DNA from: Nemertoderma westbladi
Taxonomy: Eukaryota; Animalia; Xenacoelomorpha
Assembly (NCBI GenBank): GCA_032718475.1
Contig: JAUCBJ010003120.1
Location: forward strand, 17,756 to 81,755
Reading direction: 5' to 3'
Length of the DNA: 64,000 bases
Part shown: piece after piece, positions 39,946 to 52,142 of the stretch
How positions within the stretch are numbered: the first letter of the stretch is position 1
Layout: every line of letters begins with the position of its first letter
Made by a program: the position numbers and the translations under genes
The notes under the pieces: model-generated
What the model saw: the letters and a program-made list of their open reading frames with translations, nothing else
What the model was told of the DNA's origin: nothing
The model's database searches: none

Positions 39946-40756
39946 GTCAATCTTAACATCAAATAATAAAATTCACGGGAATAAATTTAAATTCATATTT
40001 TTAAATGAATTTCATAAATTGTCATTTTGCGCAATTTATAACATTCCCAAAATTCCATTAATTAATAGATCATGGGAGCGGAGATTCACCCTATTGAGTG
40101 TATTAGAGTGTGAGAATCTCCAACATATAGTCAATAGCCGATAAAATTAATAAAATCATGCATAAAGAGGATATTGACAATTAAATAATTATTATTAAAT
40201 AGCATCCCAGATCTGTATGCATGAGAATTACCCTAATTCTACCGCTAGCATTCCATAATGTCACCATAGCAACACCCACGCTAGAATTAGAAGCAAGTTA
40301 AAAGAACAATAGAAAGCTTGTCCCATTGCATAGCATAGAGAATATAGCACACTGTTAGTATCCAAAGATACACAGTAATAACGTGACATTCTGGAAGGCA
40401 CTGACTAACGGACAAATGGCCTGTATGTGTACAATTGGTGACAGTTGTGTGGAATTTGTGCGTTTATAGGTGAATGTTACTGCTAAGGTGTGTTTACAGT
40501 AGCTAGTCGCAATTGTGAAAGTAGCCCAACTCTCCTATAGAAAGAACCTAAAGTGGATTCAAGCCTTTGGGACGGACAGTGGAGTGACTTGTGCCGGTTA
40601 TCGTTGTCGTGATGTTGCTACATGTTGGCGTAAACACCGCGACGACGGTACATCGGCGCTGAGAATCCCACTGTCCGGGGCGAAGAGAGGTAGGCAGCGA
40701 CGCCCGCTCGCCTAAACATAAACTCATTTCGATATTAATAAACTCAGATAGCAGAT

Positions 40757-42205
40757 ATGACGGAGTTGATAGAAGATGATCTTGGTATCAGGGAGCGATA
40801 TACTCTACCTTTACAAGCATTTGTGGATAGCTTGATACGCGGTGAAACCGATCCAACCATTACGGAGGACGATGGTCGTTATATCGAACCGCCGATGTCC
40901 CAAGAGCAACTTACGCGTGAATTGGACTATCGAAAATTCACCGCTCGCTATACGAATCGTAATAGTATGTATATGGACTTCCTAACTACCGGCCATCCTA
41001 TTGATTTACATGATACGGACGATGTATACACCGAAAGGGAAATGGTTCTATTTAAATATCATACCCAGCGGAGTCGTAACGATAAACCGAGAATAGATCA
41101 CGAAAATTCTATTCGTAACAGACTGGGAAGACGAACCAATATGCCTAGAATCTGAGGAGATTCAGCCTATCGCGCCCGGAACAGCGACAACGATTACATC
41201 CTAGAATGGTATCAAGGTCCGCAGTGTCTCACTGCGTACGATTATCGCTATGCCAACTATGTTTCTCAGCAACGTTGTTGGTTATGCGCATCGAGAGACC
41301 ATGTTACGCCCATGGACACAAATGTCCACTGTTCCTATTTCCAAGAACAACCGACTATGGAAATTTATTGCGCGTATTGCAGACTCAATAACTTGCACAT
41401 TTTTGCGGTTTGCCCTCAATTTATGACTCAATGTCACCATTGTCAACTAAAGGGACACGCCAGTTTCGATTGCCCTTTTAATCGCGATTTGGAAAGCGTA
41501 GATGAAATGATCACACTACGTTACATCAGAGCTTGGGAAGCGAACGCTGATTTACATTGTGATTCGCGCCATCGCTATTATCCCGGACGCGCTTACGAAG
41601 GAGTTTATGCGTTCCATCCTTATCTATTCGCTTCGGTTGAACAGAAATCACGCATATCGAGTTACGAGCTACTGAAGCGCGTCGGAGAATGTATTTCAAC
41701 CAAGTTCGTGCGCAAATTTCTCAGGAGTGTTAATCCTAGCGACCTTCATTCCTATAACTTAATCAATTATATCCGTCAGGATCCGGACTATGGAGACTTA
41801 TTTGTTAACTCACACCCAGAGTTACAGGAAGTATATCGGCGGCCTTACGAATACCGAGCCCGCGAACGCGAGTTGGAAAAAACCATTAAACCCAGGAGGT
41901 TTCTGACTGCCTATGGTCCACCCACGGCTCTCGTTCAGACCACTCGTAAAGGACCCGTAAGAGCGGCCATCCTAAAACGCGCTCTAAAGGCTGTTAGACC
42001 CCTCTCCCCCGACGTTGATGTCAATCAACCCGGCATTTCGACTGGCGGATACGCCGACCATAATCCTACACCCTCTGATGCAATCATATTGCACCCTTCA
42101 CCCAGGAGTTATAGCCCTCCTTGTAAAGTGGCTCGCCCCAAAGAGAAAAGGACTCTGGCCAGCTTTAAAAAACTGCGTAAACGCCGTCCGCGCAAGAAAG
42201 ACTAA
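40757..42205 (+). CDS. Extra retroelement ORF (about 482 codons) with three Cys/His knuckles and a basic tail, interrupted by one in-frame TGA (41153-41155)
   Basis: ORFs 40757..41155 and 41312..42205 share a frame and the gap is open (GDSAYRAR...QRCWLCASRDHVTPM); motifs CWLCASRDH, CAYCRLNNLHIFAVC and CHHCQLKGHASFDC. Confidence 0.75.
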
Positions 42206-42283
42206 CTGTTTAGAGTATTTACGTATATTAGAAACTGTGATTTTTGTATATTTATAGACTCAAATCCCATTTTCTGGGAGCGG

Positions 42284-43524
42284 TGTAAAAGCTTCTGTGG
42301 GATATAACTGGCCCCTTTGCTTCGCAATCCAGTTTCCCCCCAGGCGCTGGAATACTCTAAAAGGCTCTCTAACTGTATATATATTCCCCTCGCCCGCAGG
42401 GTACCGTTATAGGTGTTTTAATGGACATAAAAGTCATTCTTCTATATACGTGCTTTGGCGGACATGGTAAGGCAAAAAACCTGCAATGCACCAAATACCT
42501 TTACACGGCTTGGCCTTGATGATTCAGATTGCGACATCTAGCAGCTGGTTGCTGGCATGGAAACAGCCATTGGACGCATGGTTCTTTGTTTGGCTTGAGC
42601 CAATCAGAGCGATTTTTTCTGTCGACGTGTAGATATTCGGTCGATCATACTAGGAGTGTTCAGTCTTACTGTTTTTTGTGATACTGTTGTGTCATTGCTA
42701 TCTAAGCCAGAAACACCGGCTCTAGAGTTAATTCGTTTCATACTTTAGAAGAAACATTAGTAGGCTTAAATTATAGAGCGTATAACTGTTATCAGTGCAT
42801 ATCACTGTACATATCGGTTCATATCATATCTTAACCTACCGTCTTAATGCTGTTTACTGTTGTGTTTTGGTTGAATATTATTTGGAGAACATATATAAAG
42901 AACCCAAATTTCCCAATTTTCTTGATACACTACAGGTTAGAGAGGCGGGTTATATATAGCGATTGCGACTTATATTATTGTGGTTTGTAGTGAATTTAAT
43001 GCTATTTGATAAGCCCTACATGAGTCAATTGCTGTTCGCTTTATATATGATAAAATTCATTGACGGTCGGCAAATTAATGAGCAGTATTGTGTGTTACCG
43101 GTAGTGTGCATGATTGTGACTGATAACTAAGCATTTCCTAAAGAATGCGCCTTATACGTGAATCATAAGCCTTACCGACTTACCGTTGTGATTAGTATAA
43201 GTCATATCTCTGTTTATTTAGATAGAGCGCCACGTCCTAAAGGAACTGTTAATATTTCCCGAAAGTGAATAATATTAGTCAGAAATTATTTATTAACGAT
43301 CAATCGAATAATACAGTAGGCTTCACTGCAATAATAATCTAAGCCCTCAGAATCCAGTCTCCCGGGTATATCCAGCGGGTGAATGGACGCGCACTAGGCT
43401 GGCTTCTGCTAATGTTGTGTTTATTGGTATTAAATATTTGTCATCTTCTAAAGTATATTGATAAACCAAAAGACATATAAATTTTGGCAGGTTAAACTGC
43501 TAAAGGTCTTCAAAAGCGCGTACA
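42284..43524 (+). repeat. 3' LTR (1241 bp)
   Basis: Direct copy of 30907-32147. Confidence 0.96.
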
Positions 43525-43529
43525 GGCGG

Positions 43530-43897
43530 TATATTAATTTGCCGAAGTAGAAGGTTTCACTTTCTCACGTTTCGCCCTCTGGCGGAAGACTGGACAATTA
43601 CAGATGGCTCATTAGCTTTACAAAACCTGTGGTCTAATTAATATCTGCAAATAAGTTTTAGCTTGAACTTGAACGAATATTATATAAACAAGGAAACGAG
43701 GTAGGATTTCATTTTCAGAAATTTCACCCTCTAGTAGCAGAGAAAGGAGAACGGCAAGGTGATCCCACGTAAATATTTTCTAAACTCTTGATAGACTCTG
43801 TGTGTGTGAACAGTGTTGATCAGAAGGACTGAACTCACTGGCGACAGGTTGATTAATGGTACCGCTATGTCGCGGTTACTTCGTGCTTCGCCCCATA
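43530..43897 (-). mobile_element. Degenerate reverse copy of the 146-bp/CTCF-motif element family
   Basis: CGCCCTCTGGCGGAAGACTGG (about 43574), CCCTCTAGTAGCAGA (about 43727) and terminus ACTTCGTGCTTCGCCCCA. Confidence 0.6.
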
Positions 43898-44019
43898 TTA
43901 TCATTCTGAAATCTGACGCTGCCCCGCTGGTCAGGTCATTGAGCCATGGATAGTAGGATAGGTTATTAGGATAGGAGTAGGATAGGTTATTAATTAATTG
44001 ACTGACCTCGCGGGCTACA

Positions 44020-44330
44020 AACAGTCAGTACATCCTTCGCACCTTCGCGCAGCACGAAGTGAGTAAAGCCTTTAGTATATGGGCACCATTAACGAGTTGT
44101 CTGCCGTTAGTCTGAAGTCTTCAACACAATACTCGTCCTCCTCTTGTGCCTCGTTGCGTTCGTTCGTTTTTGACCAAACTTCAGATTCTTTCTAAATTTT
44201 TGACGGACTACATACGTACCAAGTTTCGTTTAATTTCATCAAGGAATAACCGAGTTATAACGACGACGACAGACAACTCGCCAATGGCACCCATATGCTA
44301 AGGCTTCGCTCACTTCGTGGCTCGCCCCAC
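44020..44330 (-). mobile_element. Short member of the same family with about 55-bp inverted arms
   Basis: Terminus CTTCGTGGCTCGCCCCAC; (GAC)n; CCTTCGCGCAGCACG matches 18094-18108 in reverse. Confidence 0.7.
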
Positions 44331-44869
44331 AGTAGGCTGGCTACCATAAGAGTGGACATTTAATTTTAATGTGAATATTGAACTAAAATTTATCTAAAGC
44401 TAACGTAACTGCAATATCTTTACATTCGCGAACAGCGCATAGTAGGCCCTACGATATAGATAAATCCTTGATATGTTCCAAATTTAAATTCTGTCAGTCA
44501 CCATTAGAAAATGAAAGAGTGAAGTAAAGTGAAACAAATGAATAGGAAGCAGCACCCGAAACCAATTCACTCGAAATCAATCGCGACACCAAATCTTCAA
44601 ATTATGCCACTGCCGTCCCTGTCATAATCACTGATGATTGTAAGCAACTTTGAGTCTCGCAGTTTCTTTTTCAGATTTGGCAATTTCAAGTACCGATAAG
44701 CGCACATAGGCCTATAATATCTGAATATACTGTACTACTGTAGTTTGCTCGACAAATGAAATTAAAAACAGAAAAGGATTACGCACAAAGTCTGTCGACT
44801 TATTTCCAGTATGTGGTCCCCCCAGCACTATGGTTAGTCCCTTTAAAGCATTCGTGCTGAAACGAAAAC

Positions 44870-44950
44870 TGCCCTGGCTCCATGCTGGAATCGAAACCAC
44901 GACTTCCCAGGAGGTGTGAATTCAATGCAACCGCTACACCAAGGTGGAAC
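44870..44950 (-). mobile_element. tRNA-derived SINE head (A-box TGGTGTAGCGG, B-box GTTTCGATTCC)
   Basis: The minus strand reads TTGGTGTAGCGGTTGCATTG...GTCGTGGTTTCGATTCCAGC; no complete cloverleaf. Confidence 0.55.
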
Positions 44951-44952
44951 TA

Positions 44953-46768
44953 CAGTTGTGTTCTCAATTAAAGTCCATTCTTCAATCTGTTCAATCTGTT
45001 CAATTTCCTCAATCTGTAAAACTCTTTCATGGCACCGCAAGTTTCTAGCCTACTGAGTGATTGACAGACGGTCGTGGTTGGCTCCCCAAAGTAAAGCTGT
45101 TTGTTGATTTGAATGAGTAGATTAATGCAGGGATCAGATAAATTATGGGGCACTTGCAAGCCAATAAAGTAAATGTATTTTAGTAAGCATTATTTACAGT
45201 ATATTACAAATTAAATGTTTACTAACTGATTAAATTTAACATGGTATAGCAAATAAAGAGATCATACCATAAATTGGGTGTGGCTGGTCTAGGTGGTTCG
45301 GGTGTGGCTGGTCTAGGTGGTTCGGGTGTGGCTGGTCTAGGTGGTTCGGGTGTGACTGGTCCAGGTGGTTCGGGTGTGGCTGGTCTAGGTGGTTCGGGTG
45401 TGGCTGGTCCAGGTGGTTCGGGTGTAGCTGGTATAGGGGGTTCGGGTGTGGCTGGTCTAGGTGGTTCGGGTGTGGCTGGTCCAGGTGGTTCGGGTGTGGC
45501 TGGTCCAGGTGGTTCGGGTGTGGCTGGTCCAGGTGGTTCGGGTGTGGCTGGTCTAGGTGGTTCGGGTGTGGCTGGTACAACATTGGGAAATTCTGGCCCT
45601 GCTCCTTGGTACGGACAACAACAGTTGATCAATTTACTTACAGTTTGTTTTGAGTTTGCAATCAACTAATTTAATATTAATGGAGAATAGCGCTATGTCA
45701 TTGCGTCTTACTGATGCTATTTAACGTTTAATGTCACAAGGGAATGATATTCTACCCGCGGCTGAAAAAACACTATCATCCACACAGTCAAATAAATCCG
45801 AACAATTGGAAACCATTCCATTGCAAAAGTATGGCATCTCCTTGGAAACTCTGCGAAACCTTAGTCAGAATCCAGACGCAGAATCAATAGGAAAATTTCT
45901 CCTACGGGTTTTGGAACTTGTTTTCACCAGTGCAGAATTGTAAATGCAAAATAAAAACGTTTAAAATATCTATAGCGGCGAAAGCGATAACGAACGGTTT
46001 TTTTAAACATAAACTATCTAAGGGACATGCAGCGCATTAAATATTGTAAATAAGAGATTGCATTATAATGATCTAATGATTATGATTATATTTATTCATT
46101 CCTTGTTGTGTTATTTGCATGCTTTTATTTGTATAATTAAATTAAATAATTGAATAATAAGTAACATAAATATATTTAATTATAAACAATTATTTATTGA
46201 AAAATTATTTATACAGAACGATACATTCTACCAAGCATTTTCCAGGGGTTATTCGTTTATTGTAATATTTAATGCAGGGAATAGTGCGGTTAGCCAAGTA
46301 AAATAATCTACAGTACATTGTATAGACTGCAACTGGAAAGGAGGAATTTAACTACAGTATTCTACAGTACACTACCGCAATTCAGTAGAACACCACACAC
46401 ACACCAACTGTATTGTTACAGTGCCTGTCAATCAATCTAAGGCTTTGCGGGATCCCATTAGTAGCCTGGCCTGTAGTTGTTTGATGCAGCCGCCATGCTC
46501 TTTGAGCTTAGTCTACCCGCCTAGCCGCCCTGCTCTTTATTTCCCTGCCCTACACTGCCCTATACTAACCCATGGCATCTCTGCACAGAGGGATACTTCG
46601 GCTCTACATTTTCAATCTGTTAAATCTGATCAATCTAGACAGAAAGTCTGGATTGAAGAAGTTGAAAGTAGGTTCAATTTCATCAATCTAACTATTATTT
46701 TTCTACGAGAGTAGATTGATTCAGATTGATGCAGATTGAAGAATGGATTTTAATTGTGAACAAGACTG
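44953..46768. mobile_element. 1.8-kb non-autonomous TIR element, CAGT...ACTG with TA TSD
   Basis: TA|CAGTTGTGTTCTCAATTAAAGTCCATTCTTCAATCTG ... CAGATTGAAGAATGGATTTTAATTGTGAACAAGACTG|TA; subterminal TCAATCTG repeats. Confidence 0.8.
45276..45576. repeat. 24-bp minisatellite (GGGTGTGGCTGGTC(T/C)AGGTGGTTC), about 12 copies
   Basis: Direct periodicity; reads PATPEPPR on the minus strand. Confidence 0.95.
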
Positions 46769-48925
46769 TATGAAATAATTTTCCGTAATAGATGGAGTTA
46801 ATCCCCTTACCGCCTTACCTGAGGTTCCCCTGCCCGTGTAGGTCATGTATCAGGCGGTTTTACCTTTAGACCTACTCAGGCTTAAAATACCACATGAATA
46901 CGGCGATATACGACAACATTCGATACGATTGCTATAAATGTGTTAAATCGTACTCAACGAGACATAATCGAAATAATATCCATGTGAGAAGGCTGCACGG
47001 CATCGATAAAGGAGGCGGCCATGCGATGAGTGTTGTAAATGGTTCAAAATCAGGCGGGATGTTTTATACTTCACGTACGAATCTACCTCAAAGGTGCGAA
47101 AGGTGGAGAAATTATTCAAAGGTGGCGTATTAAACAAGAAAGGTATAAGCCTCGGCCCTATATACCTTTCATTAATAATACGCCTATTTAAAACGCTTAT
47201 AAAGTTTGATTTTGAACATAAATATTCTTAAAAACTACCAATCCAACTACGTTTTTAGACTGTTAAAGCAACCATATATCTAAATCGAATTTCAAGCCTT
47301 CAAGCAATCTCATAAATGGTTGTGAAACAATTATGAACATTTTACGCAAATATTTTATGTTTTCTATTGTGGCCCGCCCATTGGGTGTGTTATTATTACA
47401 GTGACATTCTGGCCAGCTCATTGGCTGTTGGCACGAAATTATAGTAAATGTTATGATGCCTTGACAACTGAATAAACATCAACATAACCCATCGCAATTT
47501 TTAGTAAGAAGGCGTTTGTACTGTAATATAACAATCAATTAAATATTTTTAGATTTATTATAAGGAGTGGCTTTCTTTGTAGAGAGTAAAAATTATATTA
47601 GCAATAATAATTCATTCCGATATTTCTGATATATTTTCGGATATAAAGACGGCTGCTGGCGGATAAAACTTGGCCTTTATTTAAAAGTAAATGTTTAGTA
47701 GGAGCTAGGCAGGTAGGAGGTTTCAGTGCTACGGTATTTATCTTAACTTGTAAGATGCCTTTCGCAGTTAGGTTACCTAGTACATAACACTAATTGTATG
47801 TATAAATGGTACAGAAGGATGGTAGTAGTTTTTTCGAAATAAATAAAAAATAGGATAAACTAAAACTTTCCAAACGGTTGTTAACTTACTAAAGGCTTGG
47901 AGGTAATGCCTACTTGTTGTGGTCAATCATTATAAAAATGTAGGGCTACAGAATGTTATGGGCGGCAATTATTTATAAGATGTGATGAAGTTTACAGAGG
48001 GACTTTCAAGATAACTCACTAATTCACTGCAATGAATTATAATAACTCCAGAATTTGCGAATGCTTACCATTTTAAATGATGGATAGCTCCTCTTTGCAT
48101 ATACTGTAGTATTGACTTATACTAACATTTGTTCTCCTGAAAATTTCCTTTAAAATGAGCCCTGAATGTGCTCTGTACGATAAAAAATGAAAGGTATGAA
48201 ACTTTTTTAGACGCTCATCGCGTAAAAATCATTCATGGAAAATATGATTTTAACTTTTTATATTTATATCGCGACATTAGAAACTACCCGTACTTCACAC
48301 ATGATATCTCGTGAACGAAACAAAATATGGAAATAATACTGTTTTTAGATTTGGAATCACCATTACATTCGGATTCAGATGGGATATACTAAAAAATTGC
48401 AATTTTTTGGCCCAAATTCGACCCCCCCCCCCCCCCCCCCCTTAACATAAAGTTAGGCTACTGAGCGCCCTACATACAATTGAAATTGAACTGCAGTTTT
48501 TCTGCGGTATTTCCTAAGTTACTGTAGTTCTATTTACTTACACTTCAACAACAGATCCCTGAACTTGCCCATTGTTATATAATTACAACTACATGTTCTG
48601 GAATATTTATGACGTAGGTAACGCAGTTTTATGCCTCGCAGACATTTATTTGTAAAGAGATGCCAAGAAACTATATTGCCCTTTGACTTTACTTTATATT
48701 TACTTTTTTCGCCGTGTAAAGGGAAATACATGACATCTATGTATTTCTCCATATTTTTTATTATGTTCTATTGAATAAGTAATTATTTAAATTATTAAGT
48801 TTAATGACTTTACCTCCTACTAATTGTAAGTAATGCAAAGCGTTTTAGATAATATATTGTAATAAATTTTTTAGGCAATTTTATAAATATTGATAATAAT
48901 AATAATTTAACAACATTATAAGATC

Positions 48926-51472
48926 ATGGATGACCTAATGGAAGAAGAAGGATCAGTTGAGAATAATGAGATTGAGGAAGGCGCAGAGACAGATCAGAGA
49001 TTGAGCGAAGCCATTGAAGAACTACAAGAAGAAATTAAAGAATTTCGTGTACAAATACCTGACATTGCTTGGAAGAAACCAGCGATAGACGAAGCTGAAT
49101 TTCCTCCCGAGTTTAAAGAGAACACAGACGCAGAGGAATTAATCCAAGAGTTTGCTGAAAATTTCCGAAAACAATATATACATATATACAGAGATCGGAA
49201 ACCCCTGTTTCTTTGTCCGCTAAACGATTGCGGCATACCGAAATTCGTTTGCACTACAGTTAGGCCATCATTGTTACCATATGAAGAACTGTGGGATCAT
49301 TTTGGGGCGAGTGCATTCGTTTCTGACTACTTGGAATTTGAGGCTTTAGAAAAACCAACGGATTTACCTACTTATCTGTATTCACCAACGACAGTACTAC
49401 AACTTCAATTGGGAAATTGTTTCAACTATTCTACGGTTCTTTGTTCGTTTCTAATTGGCGCTGGTTACGATGCTTATGTTGTCAGCGGTTATGCGACGAG
49501 GGAGATGTGCTTGATGGACGAAAGTAGAGATATCTGTCCATTACTTAGGAAAACCCACGAGGAAACTGGAAGTATTGATGTGGTACAACAAAGAAAATAT
49601 ACTGTGAAACCTCCAAAAGATCTTAGCAGTAAATACGAGAAAAAAATGCAGGAAAGGAAAGAGCGAGAAGAGAGAGAAGCCGAACAAAAACGAAAAATAG
49701 AAGAAGAAAAGGAACAGTTGGAACGCGAGAAACCTCCTCCTGATGATTTGTTTGGCCAGAGAATTCACTCCTGGGTTGTCGTTCTGTCGGGCAAACGAGA
49801 AGTGCCAGAAACATTCTTTATTGACAGTCTCACAGGTAACGCTTACTCAACAGAGCATTCCGCATTCCTTGGCATAGAGTCTCTTTGGAACCATACCAAC
49901 TACTGGGTTAATATGCAAGATTGTAGTAATGGTTGTAGAGACTTAATATTTGACCTGGGAGATTGTTCGAAATGGGAGTATATGTTTCCTCAAATGGATA
50001 AACCGATACTGAGCCTTCCTGAAGATAAGGTCGATGGGTTTGATGATGATGAAGAAGACCTTAATATCGAAGGTAAAGACGAAAGGTTGGTAGACCTTCC
50101 GCCCTCATGGGTGCCACTCATCGCCATTACTCCTGAGCAGTACGAACAGCGTTGTCCGCAAGGGAAGAAAACGACACTTTACAAACGAGCCAAGTTGGAA
50201 CAATTTGCCGCATACCTACTCAAGGAAGGCCTGTCTCATAGACTCAGTATTTATTCTGATCTGGAACTAAATAACTTAGTTCGAGTGACGGACACTTTCC
50301 GATTTAGAACGGATAAATTACAGAAGAGAGTTTTGGAGCATCCAGATGGCACTATTACAGAATACTTTGCCCCTGGAAGAATGCGTGCACTTAAGGAACA
50401 CACATACAATGTAACAAGTCCTGGTCCAGAGTCAGAAAGGGTCATGACATTCTATCATGATCACCGAATCGACGGGTTAGCTTGCCGCGAAGAGACGCCA
50501 ACCTCTATGACGGAACACTTCGAGGATCGAGCTGATTTCCTCTATAAACGACACATCGAGTTCGGAAAACGGCAGAAAAAGTTCGGACCAGCGGAAACCT
50601 CAAATCGACCTGTTTTGGAAATTTGTGAAAGTTTCCATAGAAACGAGAAATTACCAGCTGATAGTGACGTTGAAGAACGACGATTTCTTACATCAGAGGA
50701 TAAAATTCAGTTAACGTACCATCGCGCATCCAATAAGATTTCAGCATCTTCTCGGGAATTTCTAAAACCACCAGGTTCAAATGAAAGAGGCGCTGTAATT
50801 ATATTAACCAATGACATGGTTAATACTTATCAAGTTGACCAAACGACGGCTCCCCCTAAGAATCTCTTTATATACGAGATGCTATTGGATCTGATTCAAG
50901 TGGAAAACGAATTGTTGTACGGTGTAAAAACCTCGGAACAGGAAGTTCGTGATATTCTCAATGAGAGAACTGTGGAGGAATCGAATTGGGAACTAGAAAT
51001 TTCTGTTTATGATACGAAGCGTAATGACAAAGTTCGAGCGATGCGTTTGGAAATAGAAAGACAAGAAATGGAAGAAAAATTAAGACGTGACGACTTGGAA
51101 TTAGATTACCTAGCGCCATTCCTTGCGTTGTTAGGCAACCCATCTGTAATAGTTAAGAAAACGGCTTTCCAATTGAAAGAAGATTGTCTTGCTGATCTTA
51201 AAAGACGTTTAATAGATAAAGCGAATCTAATACAGTCGCGTTTTGAGAAAGAGACGCAGGAACTTCAAAAGAAACAGCATTGGTACCAACAGAATCAGGT
51301 CTCCATGACCAAAGAAGATGAGGATCAGTATATACATTACTGCTCCGACGCAATGTTTAGAATTCATATTCTAGAATTGCGATTAACGCGCCATAAAGAA
51401 CTCGCACCTCAGAAGTACATCGCATTGGAACAGAGACTACGTACCGACCCACGATTGGCTAATTTTTTCTAG
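48926..51472 (+). CDS. DRC7: Dynein regulatory complex subunit 7 (CCDC135), intronless, 848 aa
   Basis: Transglutaminase-like GNCFNYSTVLCSFLIGAGYDAYVVSGYA; KFVCTTVRPSLLPY; IESLWNHTNYWVNMQ; C-terminal CLADLKRRLIDKANLIQSRF...AMFRIHILELRL. Confidence 0.95.
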   Translation: MDDLMEEEGSVENNEIEEGAETDQRLSEAIEELQEEIKEFRVQIPDIAWKKPAIDEAEFPPEFKENTDAEELIQEFAENFRKQYIHIYRDRKPLFLCPLNDCGIPKFVCTTVRPSLLPYEELWDHFGASAFVSDYLEFEALEKPTDLPTYLYSPTTVLQLQLGNCFNYSTVLCSFLIGAGYDAYVVSGYATREMCLMDESRDICPLLRKTHEETGSIDVVQQRKYTVKPPKDLSSKYEKKMQERKEREEREAEQKRKIEEEKEQLEREKPPPDDLFGQRIHSWVVVLSGKREVPETFFIDSLTGNAYSTEHSAFLGIESLWNHTNYWVNMQDCSNGCRDLIFDLGDCSKWEYMFPQMDKPILSLPEDKVDGFDDDEEDLNIEGKDERLVDLPPSWVPLIAITPEQYEQRCPQGKKTTLYKRAKLEQFAAYLLKEGLSHRLSIYSDLELNNLVRVTDTFRFRTDKLQKRVLEHPDGTITEYFAPGRMRALKEHTYNVTSPGPESERVMTFYHDHRIDGLACREETPTSMTEHFEDRADFLYKRHIEFGKRQKKFGPAETSNRPVLEICESFHRNEKLPADSDVEERRFLTSEDKIQLTYHRASNKISASSREFLKPPGSNERGAVIILTNDMVNTYQVDQTTAPPKNLFIYEMLLDLIQVENELLYGVKTSEQEVRDILNERTVEESNWELEISVYDTKRNDKVRAMRLEIERQEMEEKLRRDDLELDYLAPFLALLGNPSVIVKKTAFQLKEDCLADLKRRLIDKANLIQSRFEKETQELQKKQHWYQQNQVSMTKEDEDQYIHYCSDAMFRIHILELRLTRHKELAPQKYIALEQRLRTDPRLANFF

Positions 51473-52142
51473 CGTCTATTACAGACTCTTTGACTATTAT
51501 TAATTACAGCTTTCCTATGTAGCATTTTTCGTGGACAACTAAAGAAATTATCATAAACTCAACGATTCGAATACTCAAGGTCATCCAATTTCTTTTACTA
51601 TTAGAGGCTACGTGTTGTCAGTTTTACTCTTAATTAAAGTATTGTTGTAAAATGAAAAGCACAAATTAAACATTATTTTCCATACAAGCAGTCAATACAG
51701 AAACCGAATGTGAACACGTGTCCTCTTGAGTACAGGACTAGGACTGCACATTAATTAATTGAGCTCAATAAATAGGCCTTCAGTAAATCTTGGTGCGGGT
51801 GGGATATCAGCATTAGGATTACTTAAAACTGATAGTAAAAATATGAGAGCCATTACACCTTACATGAAGTGGGGCCTTCGCGCAGCATGTGACATAAACG
51901 TATGTTACCACTACTACTACTATAATCGGCCTACTGTATTGGAGCTGCAAGGTGAGATGCTAGGCTGGCTTAACATGAATTGTTTTGCCACCACCATGCA
52001 ATCCACAATTGACATGCCGCAATGCAGTGTGCATTAAGATTGCTATGCCGGCTTCTATTGTTATATGACTTATTATGTTAATTAAGTACCAACTCGAAAG
52101 AATTACAATAAAAAAAGATAATGTCCTCTAATCCATTTATCA

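Larger units (their letters stand above)
30907..43524 (+). mobile_element. BEL/Pao LTR retrotransposon, 12,618 bp, non-autonomous (no RT or integrase), recent insertion
   Basis: Two 1241-bp TGT...ACA LTRs; 5-bp TSD GGCGG (30902-30906, 43525-43529); purine tract GGGAGCGG before the 3' LTR; BEL/Pao-type Gag. Confidence 0.95.

Noticed and set aside
16293-44330. One 28-kb transposon bounded by inverted GTGGGGCGAGCCACGAAG termini
   Set aside because: The terminus occurs at least four times as separate dispersed copies, each with its own internal structure; no shared TSD was seen and host exons lie between.
45222-45669. PATPEPPR or Gly-rich repeat protein
   Set aside because: It is a minisatellite inside a TIR element, open on both strands, with no supported exon structure.
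48422-48441. C20 homopolymer upstream of DRC7
   Set aside because: Probably the end of a degenerate TE (CCC-TTAA); no partner terminus or function could be supported.
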